A stretch of DNA of 55,361 nucleotides. It comes from Candidatus Nanopelagicaceae bacterium. Its GTDB lineage: Archaea > Asgardarchaeota > Lokiarchaeia > Sigyniarchaeales > SOKP01. The stretch is from positions 1-55,361 of the forward strand of contig DATKTW010000106.1 of the NCBI GenBank assembly GCA_035530895.1. The letters run 5' to 3'. Below, in pieces: positions 29,479 to 37,818 of this stretch. The notes under the pieces were generated by a model. The model worked only from the letters and a program-made list of their open reading frames with translations. It made no database searches and was not told the DNA's origin. Each line of letters opens with the position of its first letter. Position 1 is the stretch's first letter. Both the position numbers and the translations under genes were made by a program.

Positions 29479-29642
29479 TGGTGGGCCCAGGGAGGTTTTC
29501 GATTAAGCGATACATTCGCTTAAAAATCGAACTCCCGAGCTTCTCGGTGTATTCTCGAATAAAGTATGTATTATACCATATTAGCGAGACGTATTTTATT
29601 CAATTTCTAAAAATTGAATCATAACCACTAGACCATGGGCCC
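29479..29642 (-). tRNA. tRNA-Val (anticodon UAC after splicing), three introns, CCA encoded
   Basis: - Acceptor GGGCCCA/TGGGCCC, followed by ACCA.
- D arm GTCT-AGTGGTTA-TGAC.
- T arm GGGAG/CTCCC.
- Removing three BHB-consistent inserts leaves a 76-nt cloverleaf with anticodon loop CTTACAC.
- The inserts are at plus coordinates 29593-29619 (D arm), 29552-29582 (anticodon loop after U33) and 29495-29525 (T loop 59/60). Confidence 0.8.
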
Positions 29643-29792
29643 TTTTTTTGGGTTATTTAAAATAATTATTTTACATTTTATTAATTTTTTTAATTAGTTT
29701 AACCTTTTGATTATTAGATGTTAAAACATAAGTATTTAAAGAAAAAAGCAATTCGTTCTCGATTTTAAAGTATTAACCTTTTAAACAATAAG

Positions 29793-29894
29793 CGCAATCG
29801 GAGGGATTCGAACCCTCGAGTCCATTGGACACCGGATTAGCAATCCGGCGCTTTTGACACGCTTAAGCGTTCTACCAAGCTAAGCGACGATTGC
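29793..29894 (-). tRNA. tRNA-Ser (GCU) with short D-loop intron
   Basis: - Acceptor GCAATCG/CGATTGC.
- Anticodon arm CCGGA-TTGCTAA-TCCGG.
- Long variable arm.
- T arm GAGGG-TTCGAAT-CCCTC.
- An 18-nt insert (29854-29871) with the ACGC-TTAA-GCGT hairpin interrupts the D loop. Confidence 0.8.
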
Positions 29895-30078
29895 TTAATG
29901 TTAGTATAAATTCCAAACGATATATTTTGTATATAAAAATTTAAAATTTTAATACTTTTTCATTGTATTGAGGAGATTATGTGAAAGGAAATTAATTCTT
30001 TAAATAAAAAAAAAGCTTAGATAATTCTAATAATAGAAGGAAAAAAAAGAAAAAAGAAAGTCGCTAACGAGAAATCAT

Positions 30079-30561
30079 TTATTCTTGGATGATCTCAAAA
30101 ACCATTTTCTCGATCATAGGTTTTTTTGTATACCGCTTATCGTAATACCAACCCACCATATGCCCCTCTAACTCCTTTTCTGGCATATGAGGAATTATAA
30201 TAATCATAACCCCGTTTGAAAGATATTTAAGTATCCTCTTATCAATTTGGTGCAGTTTATCGTTTCCAGATGGATGTGTGTGTGCCTGCCAGACTATATC
30301 TACGTTAAGTTCCTGTTTAAACTTACGCATGTTATAAATTTTTGACTTTTTATACCTCATCCAACTTCTTGGTTTTACGTGGGTTTTTGATTTTCTTAAA
30401 TCTGGATTAATGATAAATTTCTTAACAATTCCAAAGTTTTCTTTACGATCAGCAAAAATCCAATAGTGTTCGATATTTGGATAAACCTCTGCGGCTTTCT
30501 GGGTAATTTCTTTAAATAATCGATCTGGTATCAAATACCTAAAATTTTTTGCAGCACTCAT
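30079..30561 (-). CDS. JAB1/MPN/JAMM-like metalloprotease (variant motif)
   Basis: 160 aa. HTHPSGNDKLHQID fits HxHx7(S)xxD, but with His in the Ser position. An upstream Glu is present (NIEHYW). Confidence 0.5.
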   Translation of the reverse strand: MSAAKNFRYLIPDRLFKEITQKAAEVYPNIEHYWIFADRKENFGIVKKFIINPDLRKSKTHVKPRSWMRYKKSKIYNMRKFKQELNVDIVWQAHTHPSGNDKLHQIDKRILKYLSNGVMIIIIPHMPEKELEGHMVGWYYDKRYTKKPMIEKMVFEIIQE

Positions 30562-30808
30562 TTTTACATCATCTCAACTATGAGTCAATGTAACATAAAA
30601 TTTATATTTTTTCTTTAATGTCATCATAAAGGTTAGGAATTACGAGATTAAAATAAAAAGAAATTTATTTTATTAAAAATAAACTATTTTTATACCTATA
30701 ATACAATAATAAAAATAAAAAATTTCTACATATAGGCTAAAACTATATGCAGATAATTTTTAGGAATATTTTTCCATAATTATTCTGCGTAGAATTAAAA
30801 TAATTAGA

Positions 30809-30909
30809 GCACCTGTAGCCTAGTGGTAAGACGCTGGCCTTGAGTAGATAATACGATCAAGTAAGCCAGTGCGCGTAAGCGCTCGGGGGTTCAAATCCCT
30901 CCAGGTGCG
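30809..30909 (+). tRNA. tRNA-Ser (UGA) with canonical 37/38 intron
   Basis: - Acceptor GCACCTG/CAGGTGC.
- Anticodon stem CTGGC/GCCAG.
- Loop CTTGAG|intron|A.
- The 19-nt intron (30845-30863) forms a textbook BHB: CTTG pairs CAAG, with bulges AGT and TAA.
- Long variable arm GCGC-GTAA-GCGC. Confidence 0.85.
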
Positions 30910-30934
30910 TTTTCAATGGCAACCAATACTAAAT

Positions 30935-31038
30935 GGGCTATTAGCGCAGTCAGGTAGCGCATCCGGCTCTTAACCGGCAGGTCGGGGGTTCGATACCTCC
31001 ATTCAGAAAGCATGGAGGCGAAATTCCCTCATAGCCCG
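30935..31038 (+). tRNA. tRNA-Lys (CUU) with T-loop intron at 59/60
   Basis: - Acceptor GGGCTAT/ATAGCCC.
- D arm GCGC-AGTCAGGTA-GCGC.
- Anticodon loop CTCTTAA.
- The T arm GGGGG...CCCTC is interrupted by a 30-nt insert (30995-31024) with a perfect BHB: TTCG pairs CGAA, bulges ATA and ATT, inner hairpin CCTCCAT/ATGGAGG.
- The spliced T loop is TTCGATT. Confidence 0.85.
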
Positions 31039-31070
31039 CTTGTTCTTTAATAAAAAGTGATAATACCTTA

Positions 31071-32024
31071 TTATAAATATTGGAATATTACTTCAAAATC
31101 AGAGAAATCAAAAGGTTTTAAAATGTAACCATCAGCATTACTTTCTTCGAGATGCTTTTCTACTTCTGAACCTGGTATAGCAGTTAACAAATAAACCGAA
31201 ATGTTTTGATGCTCTTTACTTGATTTAATCTGTTTGCAGATATCATAACCACTATAATCAGGTAAAATAATATCAAGCAATACCAACTTAGGTGGGTTAT
31301 TTGCTAGCTCTTCCAATCCTTTTGTTCCACTTACTACCCCCTTACAGGAAAAACCTTTGCTTTCAAAATAGCTTGTTAATAAACGAATAGTAGCTAAATC
31401 ATCTTCAATTAATAATATATCGTATTGAAGAGTTTCTGTTTTTATATTGTCCAGAATGTTGATAATTTTCTTCTCTAAAAGTAGAGATTGATTAAATATA
31501 TTTTGAATGGTATTAAAAACACTTTCGTCCATTTCATCACGATAATTTTCAATCAATAGCTGAGAAAATCCTTTGATTGACGTTAACGGTTCCTTTAGAG
31601 CATGCGATATGTTTGTGAGAGTTTGATTGTTTATTTTATGCAAATCTTCATTGATTAGAGTGGATTCTTGCTTAATAAAATAGTTAACACTCTCCCGTAT
31701 AAGTTTGGAAATGGTGTTATATTTATTTTTATGAGTTTTTATAAACTTGCTCCACTCTTCTTTGGTTTTGTCAGTTACATACAAGGAAATGCGCTCCTTT
31801 TCTCTGTCGTATATTTTTTCTCCTTTAAGCCATTTCATAAAACCTTCTGTTATGTTTCCACGCCATTTAGCATACTTATCCGTTGTGTCCTCATACTCCC
31901 TCATTAGTTTTTTCGCTTGTTCGCTATTCAAATCCAGATTATTTATTTCTTCGTCAGTCATATTTGGACTTGTGTGATTTTCCTTACCATTAGAATTACT
32001 ATCGTTCTTTTTTTCGTTAGGCAT
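31071..32024 (-). CDS. RHH-like domain + HisKA (H-box) + receiver domain protein, no HATPase domain
   Basis: - H-box ISHALKEPLTSIKGFSQLL.
- Complete REC domain (LIEDD, VLLDIILPD, LLTA, ILKPF) directly after the dimerisation helices.
- N-terminal ERISLYVTDKTKEEWSKFI...ISKLIRESVNYFI looks like a ribbon-helix-helix. Confidence 0.7.
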   Translation of the reverse strand: MPNEKKNDSNSNGKENHTSPNMTDEEINNLDLNSEQAKKLMREYEDTTDKYAKWRGNITEGFMKWLKGEKIYDREKERISLYVTDKTKEEWSKFIKTHKNKYNTISKLIRESVNYFIKQESTLINEDLHKINNQTLTNISHALKEPLTSIKGFSQLLIENYRDEMDESVFNTIQNIFNQSLLLEKKIINILDNIKTETLQYDILLIEDDLATIRLLTSYFESKGFSCKGVVSGTKGLEELANNPPKLVLLDIILPDYSGYDICKQIKSSKEHQNISVYLLTAIPGSEVEKHLEESNADGYILKPFDFSDFEVIFQYL

Positions 32025-32275
32025 TTTTTACACCAAATACATTTTCATTTGATTTATATCTGAGTAATATTACGCTTAAAAATCTAATTTTATTATATTG
32101 TTTATTATAAAAAATTTTATTTTTGGTAAACTAATCTTTTACTTAATAGTAATTATTCACAAAAAATAAATTTAATCTAATTAAGTTTTATCATATTTCT
32201 TTAAAAGTTAACAAATCCAAAGAAAAATCATCATTCTTCTCTTGATGGGGATAATTTATTTAATTATTACTCAGA

Positions 32276-33184
32276 TTATTTCACTTTTCCATTTAAAATT
32301 TCAAAAATAACTCCAAAATCAGAAAAATTAAATGGTTTAAGAATGTATCCATCAGCGAGTGTCGCATTTAAACGTTTTTTTATTTCTGATGCGGATATCG
32401 CTGTTAAAAAGTAAACTGGTATCTTTTTGTAAGTATTATCAGTTTTTATAGTCTGACATATATCATACCCACTTAAATCAGGTAAAATTATGTCTAGCAA
32501 TATAACTTTTGGGACCATCCTTCTTAATTCCTCTAAACCCTTTGTCCCACTTACAACTCCCTTACAGATGTAATGTTTACTTTCAAAATAGCTTGTTATT
32601 AACCGGATTGTTGCCAAATCATCTTCAATTAATAAAATGTCGTAGGGAGTACCTTCAGGTTGAATATTGTCTAAGAAATTTTTTATAATGTTTTCTAGCA
32701 GATTACTCTGATCGAAAATATTTTTTATTGTTTCCTCAACATGCTCACTTAAGTTAGCTTTATATTCATCGCTTTCAAGAAGTAATTGGGAATAACCTTT
32801 AATAGATGTAAGGGGTTCTTTTAAGGCGTGAGAGATGTTGGATATGGTACTCGGGTTCAATTTAGACAGTTCATTTGAAACTCTACTCGAATCTTCTATA
32901 AATGACTTAACACTTTGTCTTATTAACTCTGAAAAACTAGGAAAGGACTCTTTGTTTTTATTTATAAATTTTTGCCATTCTCCTTTAATCTTATCGTCAA
33001 CATATAAAGATATTCTTTCCTTGTCTCGCGTATAAATTTTTTCGCCTTTTAACCATTTTTTAAAACCTTCAGTTATCGCTCCTCTCCAAACTGCGTACTT
33101 ATCGTTCTCTTCTTTGTATTTTTTCATGTATTGCTTTATTTTTTCGTCGTTAAGATTAATATTTTCTATTTCTTTTTCGCTCAT
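32276..33184 (-). CDS. RHH-like domain + HisKA (H-box) + receiver domain protein (paralogue of 31071-32024)
   Basis: Same architecture: ERISLYVDDKIKGEWQKFI...FSELIRQSVKSFI, ISHALKEPLTSIKGYSQLL, and REC with LIEDD / ILLDIILPD / ILKPF. Confidence 0.7.
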   Translation of the reverse strand: MSEKEIENINLNDEKIKQYMKKYKEENDKYAVWRGAITEGFKKWLKGEKIYTRDKERISLYVDDKIKGEWQKFINKNKESFPSFSELIRQSVKSFIEDSSRVSNELSKLNPSTISNISHALKEPLTSIKGYSQLLLESDEYKANLSEHVEETIKNIFDQSNLLENIIKNFLDNIQPEGTPYDILLIEDDLATIRLITSYFESKHYICKGVVSGTKGLEELRRMVPKVILLDIILPDLSGYDICQTIKTDNTYKKIPVYFLTAISASEIKKRLNATLADGYILKPFNFSDFGVIFEILNGKVK

Positions 33185-33812
33185 ACTTAGTTTATCTTCT
33201 GATTCATCCTTACTCGAACTCTTTTCATTCTTAGTGGATGGAATTTCTTTCTTATTTGATTTTTCCGGTTCTTGCGATATCTGTATTTCACCTTAAAAGA
33301 AAATTTTTCTTTGAAAAAGACGATAATAAATCCAAAAAATTAGTGGTAAAAGTTTTATTTAAGATTATGTAAAAAGATAGCACGATAACTAATTACTAAT
33401 TTTAACGCGATTAAGAAAACAGTCGCAATTTTCAAGAAGCAAAATCAAGGAAATTATTTCACCCAAGGTTCTAAAGGTGTCATATTTTTATTCAAATATA
33501 TATCCTAATCATACATCTATTATTAATTCAAAAAAAAATAGTTATATTCAAATTCCTTTTATTCATAGGAAATTAGGTAAAAAAAAAAAAAGTTACTACT
33601 AAAAGTAATTTTTGTTTAAAAAAACATAATATTTAAATACAAAATTATCATTGTTTGTTATAACAATATGTGTGTTCAAAAACTGGTTCAAATATATATT
33701 GTGTGTGAAAAGAAAAAAAAGTTGTCCTATTATTCCCTTGAAAAACGAGAATAGTAAAAAAATAGGAACGACAAAAAAAATTTTAAAACTGTAAGCAAAG
33801 TGGTATTTTATT

Positions 33813-34706
33813 ATGATTGTTGAATTAGATGTATCATCAAGTTTGTGCCCCGAATGCCGTGGGAATACTGTTATTATACAGGAAAGAGGAGAAACTGTCT
33901 GTCAACAATGTGGACTAGTTGTTGGAGAGAGAGGATTGGATATTACCCATAGTGGGATAAGGGCTTATTCGAAACACGAAAAAGATAGAAAGGAGCGGAC
34001 AGGGTCTCCTATGTCTATCTTGATGCCAGATATAGGTCTGAGTACTGTTATCGATAGAACCAAAATCAAAAATCCTGATTTACGAAGAGCTGCTAAATGG
34101 AATACACATCTGTCTTGGGAAAAGAGAAACATGTTAATGGCCATTACCGAACTGAAAAGAATAGGCGGTAATCTAAATTTTCCCGAAAGAGTGAAAAAAT
34201 CTGCTGTTAGATTATATAAAGAAGTTTTTAAAAGACAACTTTTGCGAGGAAGATCGATAAACGGGATGGTTGCAGCATGCGCGTACTACGCGTGCAAAGA
34301 CGAAAAAGTGCCTATAACGCTTCAAGAAATACTAGAAGAAGCTTCTATTAACGACAATATCGTAAAGAAGTGCTATAAGATTTTAGTTCGGGAGTTAAAT
34401 TTAAAAATATCACATATTGATCCCGTAACTCTTATCCCGCGTTACTGTGCTGATCTAAATTTAGGAATTGAAGTGGAAAAAGAAGCAATGAAAGTGCTTC
34501 ACAACTTTATAGTAAGAACCTCTATTTCTGGAAAAGATCCTAAAGGATTATGTGCTGGTGCGATATATCTTGTAGCGAAGTTGAGGAATGTAAAAGTGTC
34601 TCAAAAAGACATATCTCGTGTTATTTCAGTCACTGAAGTAACTTTACGTTCAAGATATAAAGAACTTCTAAGGAATGTTAGTATTAATTTTAATTCATTG
34701 AATTAA
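33813..34706 (+). CDS. tfb: transcription initiation factor TFB (TFIIB homologue)
   Basis: N-terminal zinc ribbon CPEC...CQQCG, then a B-reader/linker and two cyclin-like repeats (RGRSINGMVAACAYYACK; KGLCAGAIYLVAK). Confidence 0.9.
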   Translation: MIVELDVSSSLCPECRGNTVIIQERGETVCQQCGLVVGERGLDITHSGIRAYSKHEKDRKERTGSPMSILMPDIGLSTVIDRTKIKNPDLRRAAKWNTHLSWEKRNMLMAITELKRIGGNLNFPERVKKSAVRLYKEVFKRQLLRGRSINGMVAACAYYACKDEKVPITLQEILEEASINDNIVKKCYKILVRELNLKISHIDPVTLIPRYCADLNLGIEVEKEAMKVLHNFIVRTSISGKDPKGLCAGAIYLVAKLRNVKVSQKDISRVISVTEVTLRSRYKELLRNVSINFNSLN

Positions 34707-34810
34707 AAGCATTAAAATTTTCAATATTTCCCTTTTTTTTTAAAAGAATTAACACATTTTACTTAAATATTAATAAATTTTAATAAGCTATCTTTCCTAA
34801 ACATTCTACT

Positions 34811-35494
34811 CTAAAGCACACTGGAACTTGTAAGAAGAACTATTATATAGTCGGCAACGCCTTCAATAGAATCGGATATTGCTTCCAAAATGTCGAATAT
34901 ATTGCCAACAGTGAAAATTGTAAAGAAATTAACATTATATTCTGTTTTCTGAAGACTTTCTCTTAGTTTAATATTTAAAAGGTCTACTTCGTGTTCAAGT
35001 TGATTTATCTTTTTAGCATACTCTACCACACTTTTCCTTTCGCCCACTAAATCAATAACAAGCTTATCTAAATTGTTTACCGCTTCTACGGTTGTTTCAC
35101 TTATTTTTAATATTAGTTTTATAGTTTCTTCACTACTTTGCTCCCAAAATCTTATAGGTACGGTAGTAATTCTACGAGCAACGCCCGTACTACAATTTGC
35201 TACATCATCTAATCTTTTTATAAGATGTGATAAATTTTCTCTAATGCTTGGATTTAATTCTCCTTTTGAAACATCTTTTGATATTTCTCTTCTTAACTTG
35301 TCTGCTTCGTCCTCTAAAAAATCAACTTTGTCAAAGTTTTCGCGAGATTGTTCAAGATTCTTTTCCTCTAGCAATACTTTTAGCCCAACTTCTAATTCTC
35401 TTACACATTGTTGAACGACCTCAGCATGTTTAATCGTTTTTTCTAAAACATTCAATGCCGTTTTTCTTTTCAAATATTCTATTAATGAACCCAT
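34811..35494 (-). CDS. DUF47/PhoU-like phosphate-transport accessory protein
   Basis: Helical protein with FLEDEADKLRREI and LIKRLDDVANC motifs, as in DUF47 (PhoU-related). Adjacent to PiT. The ATG at 35494 is preferred. Confidence 0.6.
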   Translation of the reverse strand: MGSLIEYLKRKTALNVLEKTIKHAEVVQQCVRELEVGLKVLLEEKNLEQSRENFDKVDFLEDEADKLRREISKDVSKGELNPSIRENLSHLIKRLDDVANCSTGVARRITTVPIRFWEQSSEETIKLILKISETTVEAVNNLDKLVIDLVGERKSVVEYAKKINQLEHEVDLLNIKLRESLQKTEYNVNFFTIFTVGNIFDILEAISDSIEGVADYIIVLLTSSSVL

Positions 35495-35563
35495 TTTTAT
35501 CACACATTTTCTTTTCTTTATTAGTGCTATATATTACAATTACTCAGTATTTTTTATAGTTTA

Positions 35564-36595
35564 TTAGACTAATCCAAATAAATTAAATCCAAAATAAATC
35601 AACCCTGCGAGAATCGCAGCAACTGGAAAAGTAAGAATCCAGTATATAGCCATTTTTCCTAAGCCTTTGTAGTCAACTTCCTTTTTTTGAGCCACACTCA
35701 TTCCAATTATGCAAAATACTATTACATGACTATGGGAAATAGGTAAGCTTAATAAGGTAGCAATCATAAGAATCAAGGCTGAACTTATTTGAGTAATGAG
35801 ACTTTCGCTAGGTCGAGAATCTATCATCTGAGATGCTAGATTTCTAACAACATACCGTGCTGCAATATAAATCCCAAGACAAGAGAAAACACCACAAAGA
35901 AATGCAAAGAATAAATATTGCTCCAAGTTCAACGTACCTCCATCCAATAATCCATAAAGTATACCTACCGCCTCACCAGAATTTGCCCCCACCCATATCT
36001 CAGCAAAAATTACTGCAATTAACAATAACCATTTGAAAAATTTCTCAGATTTCTCGATTTGATTTAGACCTTTTAATTTGGATAGATAAGTTTTTGCAAG
36101 TAATTTAAAAAGCACATATGTTATGATCAATCCGAACGCTGGAGAAAAGAACCAACCCAGAATTACATTATTTAATTTTACCCAATTAAATACTGTTTCA
36201 GGATTAACTGTTTCATGTGTTATTGAGTATACAAATACTACTCCGAATATACTTCCTACTAATGAATGAGTGCTACTTAAGGGAATTCCTGCGAAACTAC
36301 CAATTACTAACCACAAGATACTACTTATTAATACAGTTAACAACATAAATTCTGTATAAGTTATTGCCTCACCTAATAAATCAGCACCAACGGTTTTTGC
36401 TACAAACGCAAAGCTAAAGGAGAACATCCCTACTCCAACTGCTAAACCACCAATTAGTAAGGCTACTTTGAATTTAATAACTCCAGCTCCAACTAAAGTG
36501 GATAGAGTTTCATCATTTGCACCTATAGAAAATGCAAGGGCGATTGCCAAGGCAATTAAAACTACTACTACCATTGAAATAATGTCAACTGCCAT
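35564..36595 (-). CDS. pit: inorganic phosphate transporter, PiT family
   Basis: Polytopic. GANDETLSTLVG near the N-terminus and a second PHO4-type repeat near the C-terminus. Confidence 0.85.
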   Translation of the reverse strand: MAVDIISMVVVVLIALAIALAFSIGANDETLSTLVGAGVIKFKVALLIGGLAVGVGMFSFSFAFVAKTVGADLLGEAITYTEFMLLTVLISSILWLVIGSFAGIPLSSTHSLVGSIFGVVFVYSITHETVNPETVFNWVKLNNVILGWFFSPAFGLIITYVLFKLLAKTYLSKLKGLNQIEKSEKFFKWLLLIAVIFAEIWVGANSGEAVGILYGLLDGGTLNLEQYLFFAFLCGVFSCLGIYIAARYVVRNLASQMIDSRPSESLITQISSALILMIATLLSLPISHSHVIVFCIIGMSVAQKKEVDYKGLGKMAIYWILTFPVAAILAGLIYFGFNLFGLV

Positions 36596-36609
36596 GGTTA
36601 ATCAATTTT

Positions 36610-37272
36610 TTACTCAAAGATTAAATATTTAGTCGCTAAAAATTGAATATACTCAGAAAAGCTCTTAATGTGGTCAGCCAACATCATAATATTTTCTATT
36701 AATTCTTTCAAGTATAGGAAAGTTTTTGATAAGTAATCCATATCATAATTATATAATTGATTAAGTAATTTCCATTCCGCTTCTCTCATTTTTCGTCTTT
36801 CATCTTTTACTTCTTCACATATATCATGAGCTTTACTCAAATCTGATCCAATTGTTTTTACTGCTTCTGCTAAGTCATTAGAAATTGTTTTTAATGATTT
36901 TAGAATACTTAAGATTTGGAGTTTAAACTCTTTGTCAGGAAATATAACTTGATAGAGAAGCATTTTATGGGCGAAAAATTCTCCTATATTTTTGATATCA
37001 TTAATTTTATTGAATAATTTTAATCTGTCTGCTTTTGAAAACATTAATTTAGATTTAAATATTTTAAATTCAAAAGCTTTCTTGATTCGAACTTCAGTAT
37101 TTGTTTCAATGACAATATTTAGATTTTGATTGAATTTTTCAAATTCTTCGTCAACAAGAAATTCAATGCCTTCAATTAATTTCAAATTTTGTTCATTTAT
37201 ATTTTCTACAAATAAGTGCGTTAATTCGTTAATATTCATCTTTTTTAACTCGTCATCACTTATTTCTCTCAC
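36610..37272 (-). CDS. helical protein, possibly a second DUF47/PhoU-like accessory protein
   Basis: 220 aa, all-helical by composition. It sits immediately upstream of PiT in the same orientation. The motif match is weak. Confidence 0.4.
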   Translation of the reverse strand: MREISDDELKKMNINELTHLFVENINEQNLKLIEGIEFLVDEEFEKFNQNLNIVIETNTEVRIKKAFEFKIFKSKLMFSKADRLKLFNKINDIKNIGEFFAHKMLLYQVIFPDKEFKLQILSILKSLKTISNDLAEAVKTIGSDLSKAHDICEEVKDERRKMREAEWKLLNQLYNYDMDYLSKTFLYLKELIENIMMLADHIKSFSEYIQFLATKYLIFE

Positions 37273-37461
37273 TGTGAACCATAACTCCTTAAAATTTTTA
37301 AGTTTTGATAAATTTGATATTGACTCTATTAAGGAATAATAATATCTTTGGCAAAAATAACTTTACTTTTTGGTTATTAACCTCAAAACATATATGTCAC
37401 GGGTTAGAAAACTTTTAGTCTTATTGGAATTATAAATCTTTCTTTTTTATATTACCTTACG

Positions 37462-37692
37462 ATGCGTAATGTCCAAAAATTTTACTTTTTTCGTTGTTAC
37501 CATTGTGGTGAATGGTTTTATAGTAATAAAATAATAAAAACGAAAAAATGTTGGAAATGTAATCGGTCTTTCCAGTTCAAAAACTCAACTAAATTTTCCA
37601 AAACGGCAACGCTTCAAGGAGCGATTAAAATTATTAAGGATTTGAAAATGAAAGGAGAAACAGAGTCACTTTTTAAATTTCTGAACATGTAA
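37462..37692 (+). CDS. small zinc-ribbon protein
   Basis: 76 aa with CYHC...CWKC. Confidence 0.4.
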   Translation: MRNVQKFYFFRCYHCGEWFYSNKIIKTKKCWKCNRSFQFKNSTKFSKTATLQGAIKIIKDLKMKGETESLFKFLNM

Positions 37693-37818
37693 AATGAATG
37701 GAATAACTAATAAGTTCAAAAAATAAAATTATTTAACCCTCTCTTCTTCAATCTTTTAAAGCTCTCAATTTTTTTGATGAATTGATATTTATACTTATAT
37801 TGTGATTTGACGAGTTTT

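Noticed and set aside
29552-29582. Canonical 37/38 splicing of the tRNA-Val anticodon-loop insert, which would give anticodon AAU
   Set aside because: A34 anticodons are not expected for this box in archaea. The helix and bulge geometry (CTCG/CGAG with bulges CTA and AAT) places the cuts after U33 and before U34, giving loop CTTACAC (Val-UAC). The Val-like D arm and acceptor agree.
30562-30660. Possible C/D-box sRNA (ATGATGA on the minus strand upstream of the JAMM gene). A weak ATGAAGA...CTGA pair at 22160-22200 was also considered.
   Set aside because: There is no properly spaced D/D' (CTGA) and C' boxes, and no terminal stem. The ATGATG strings fit the AT-rich leader or ribosome-binding region of the downstream gene.
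29479-33184. Integrated mobile element at the tRNA cluster
   Set aside because: I found no integrase, transposase or duplicated tRNA 3' fragment (att-like direct repeat), and the composition does not differ visibly from the flanks.
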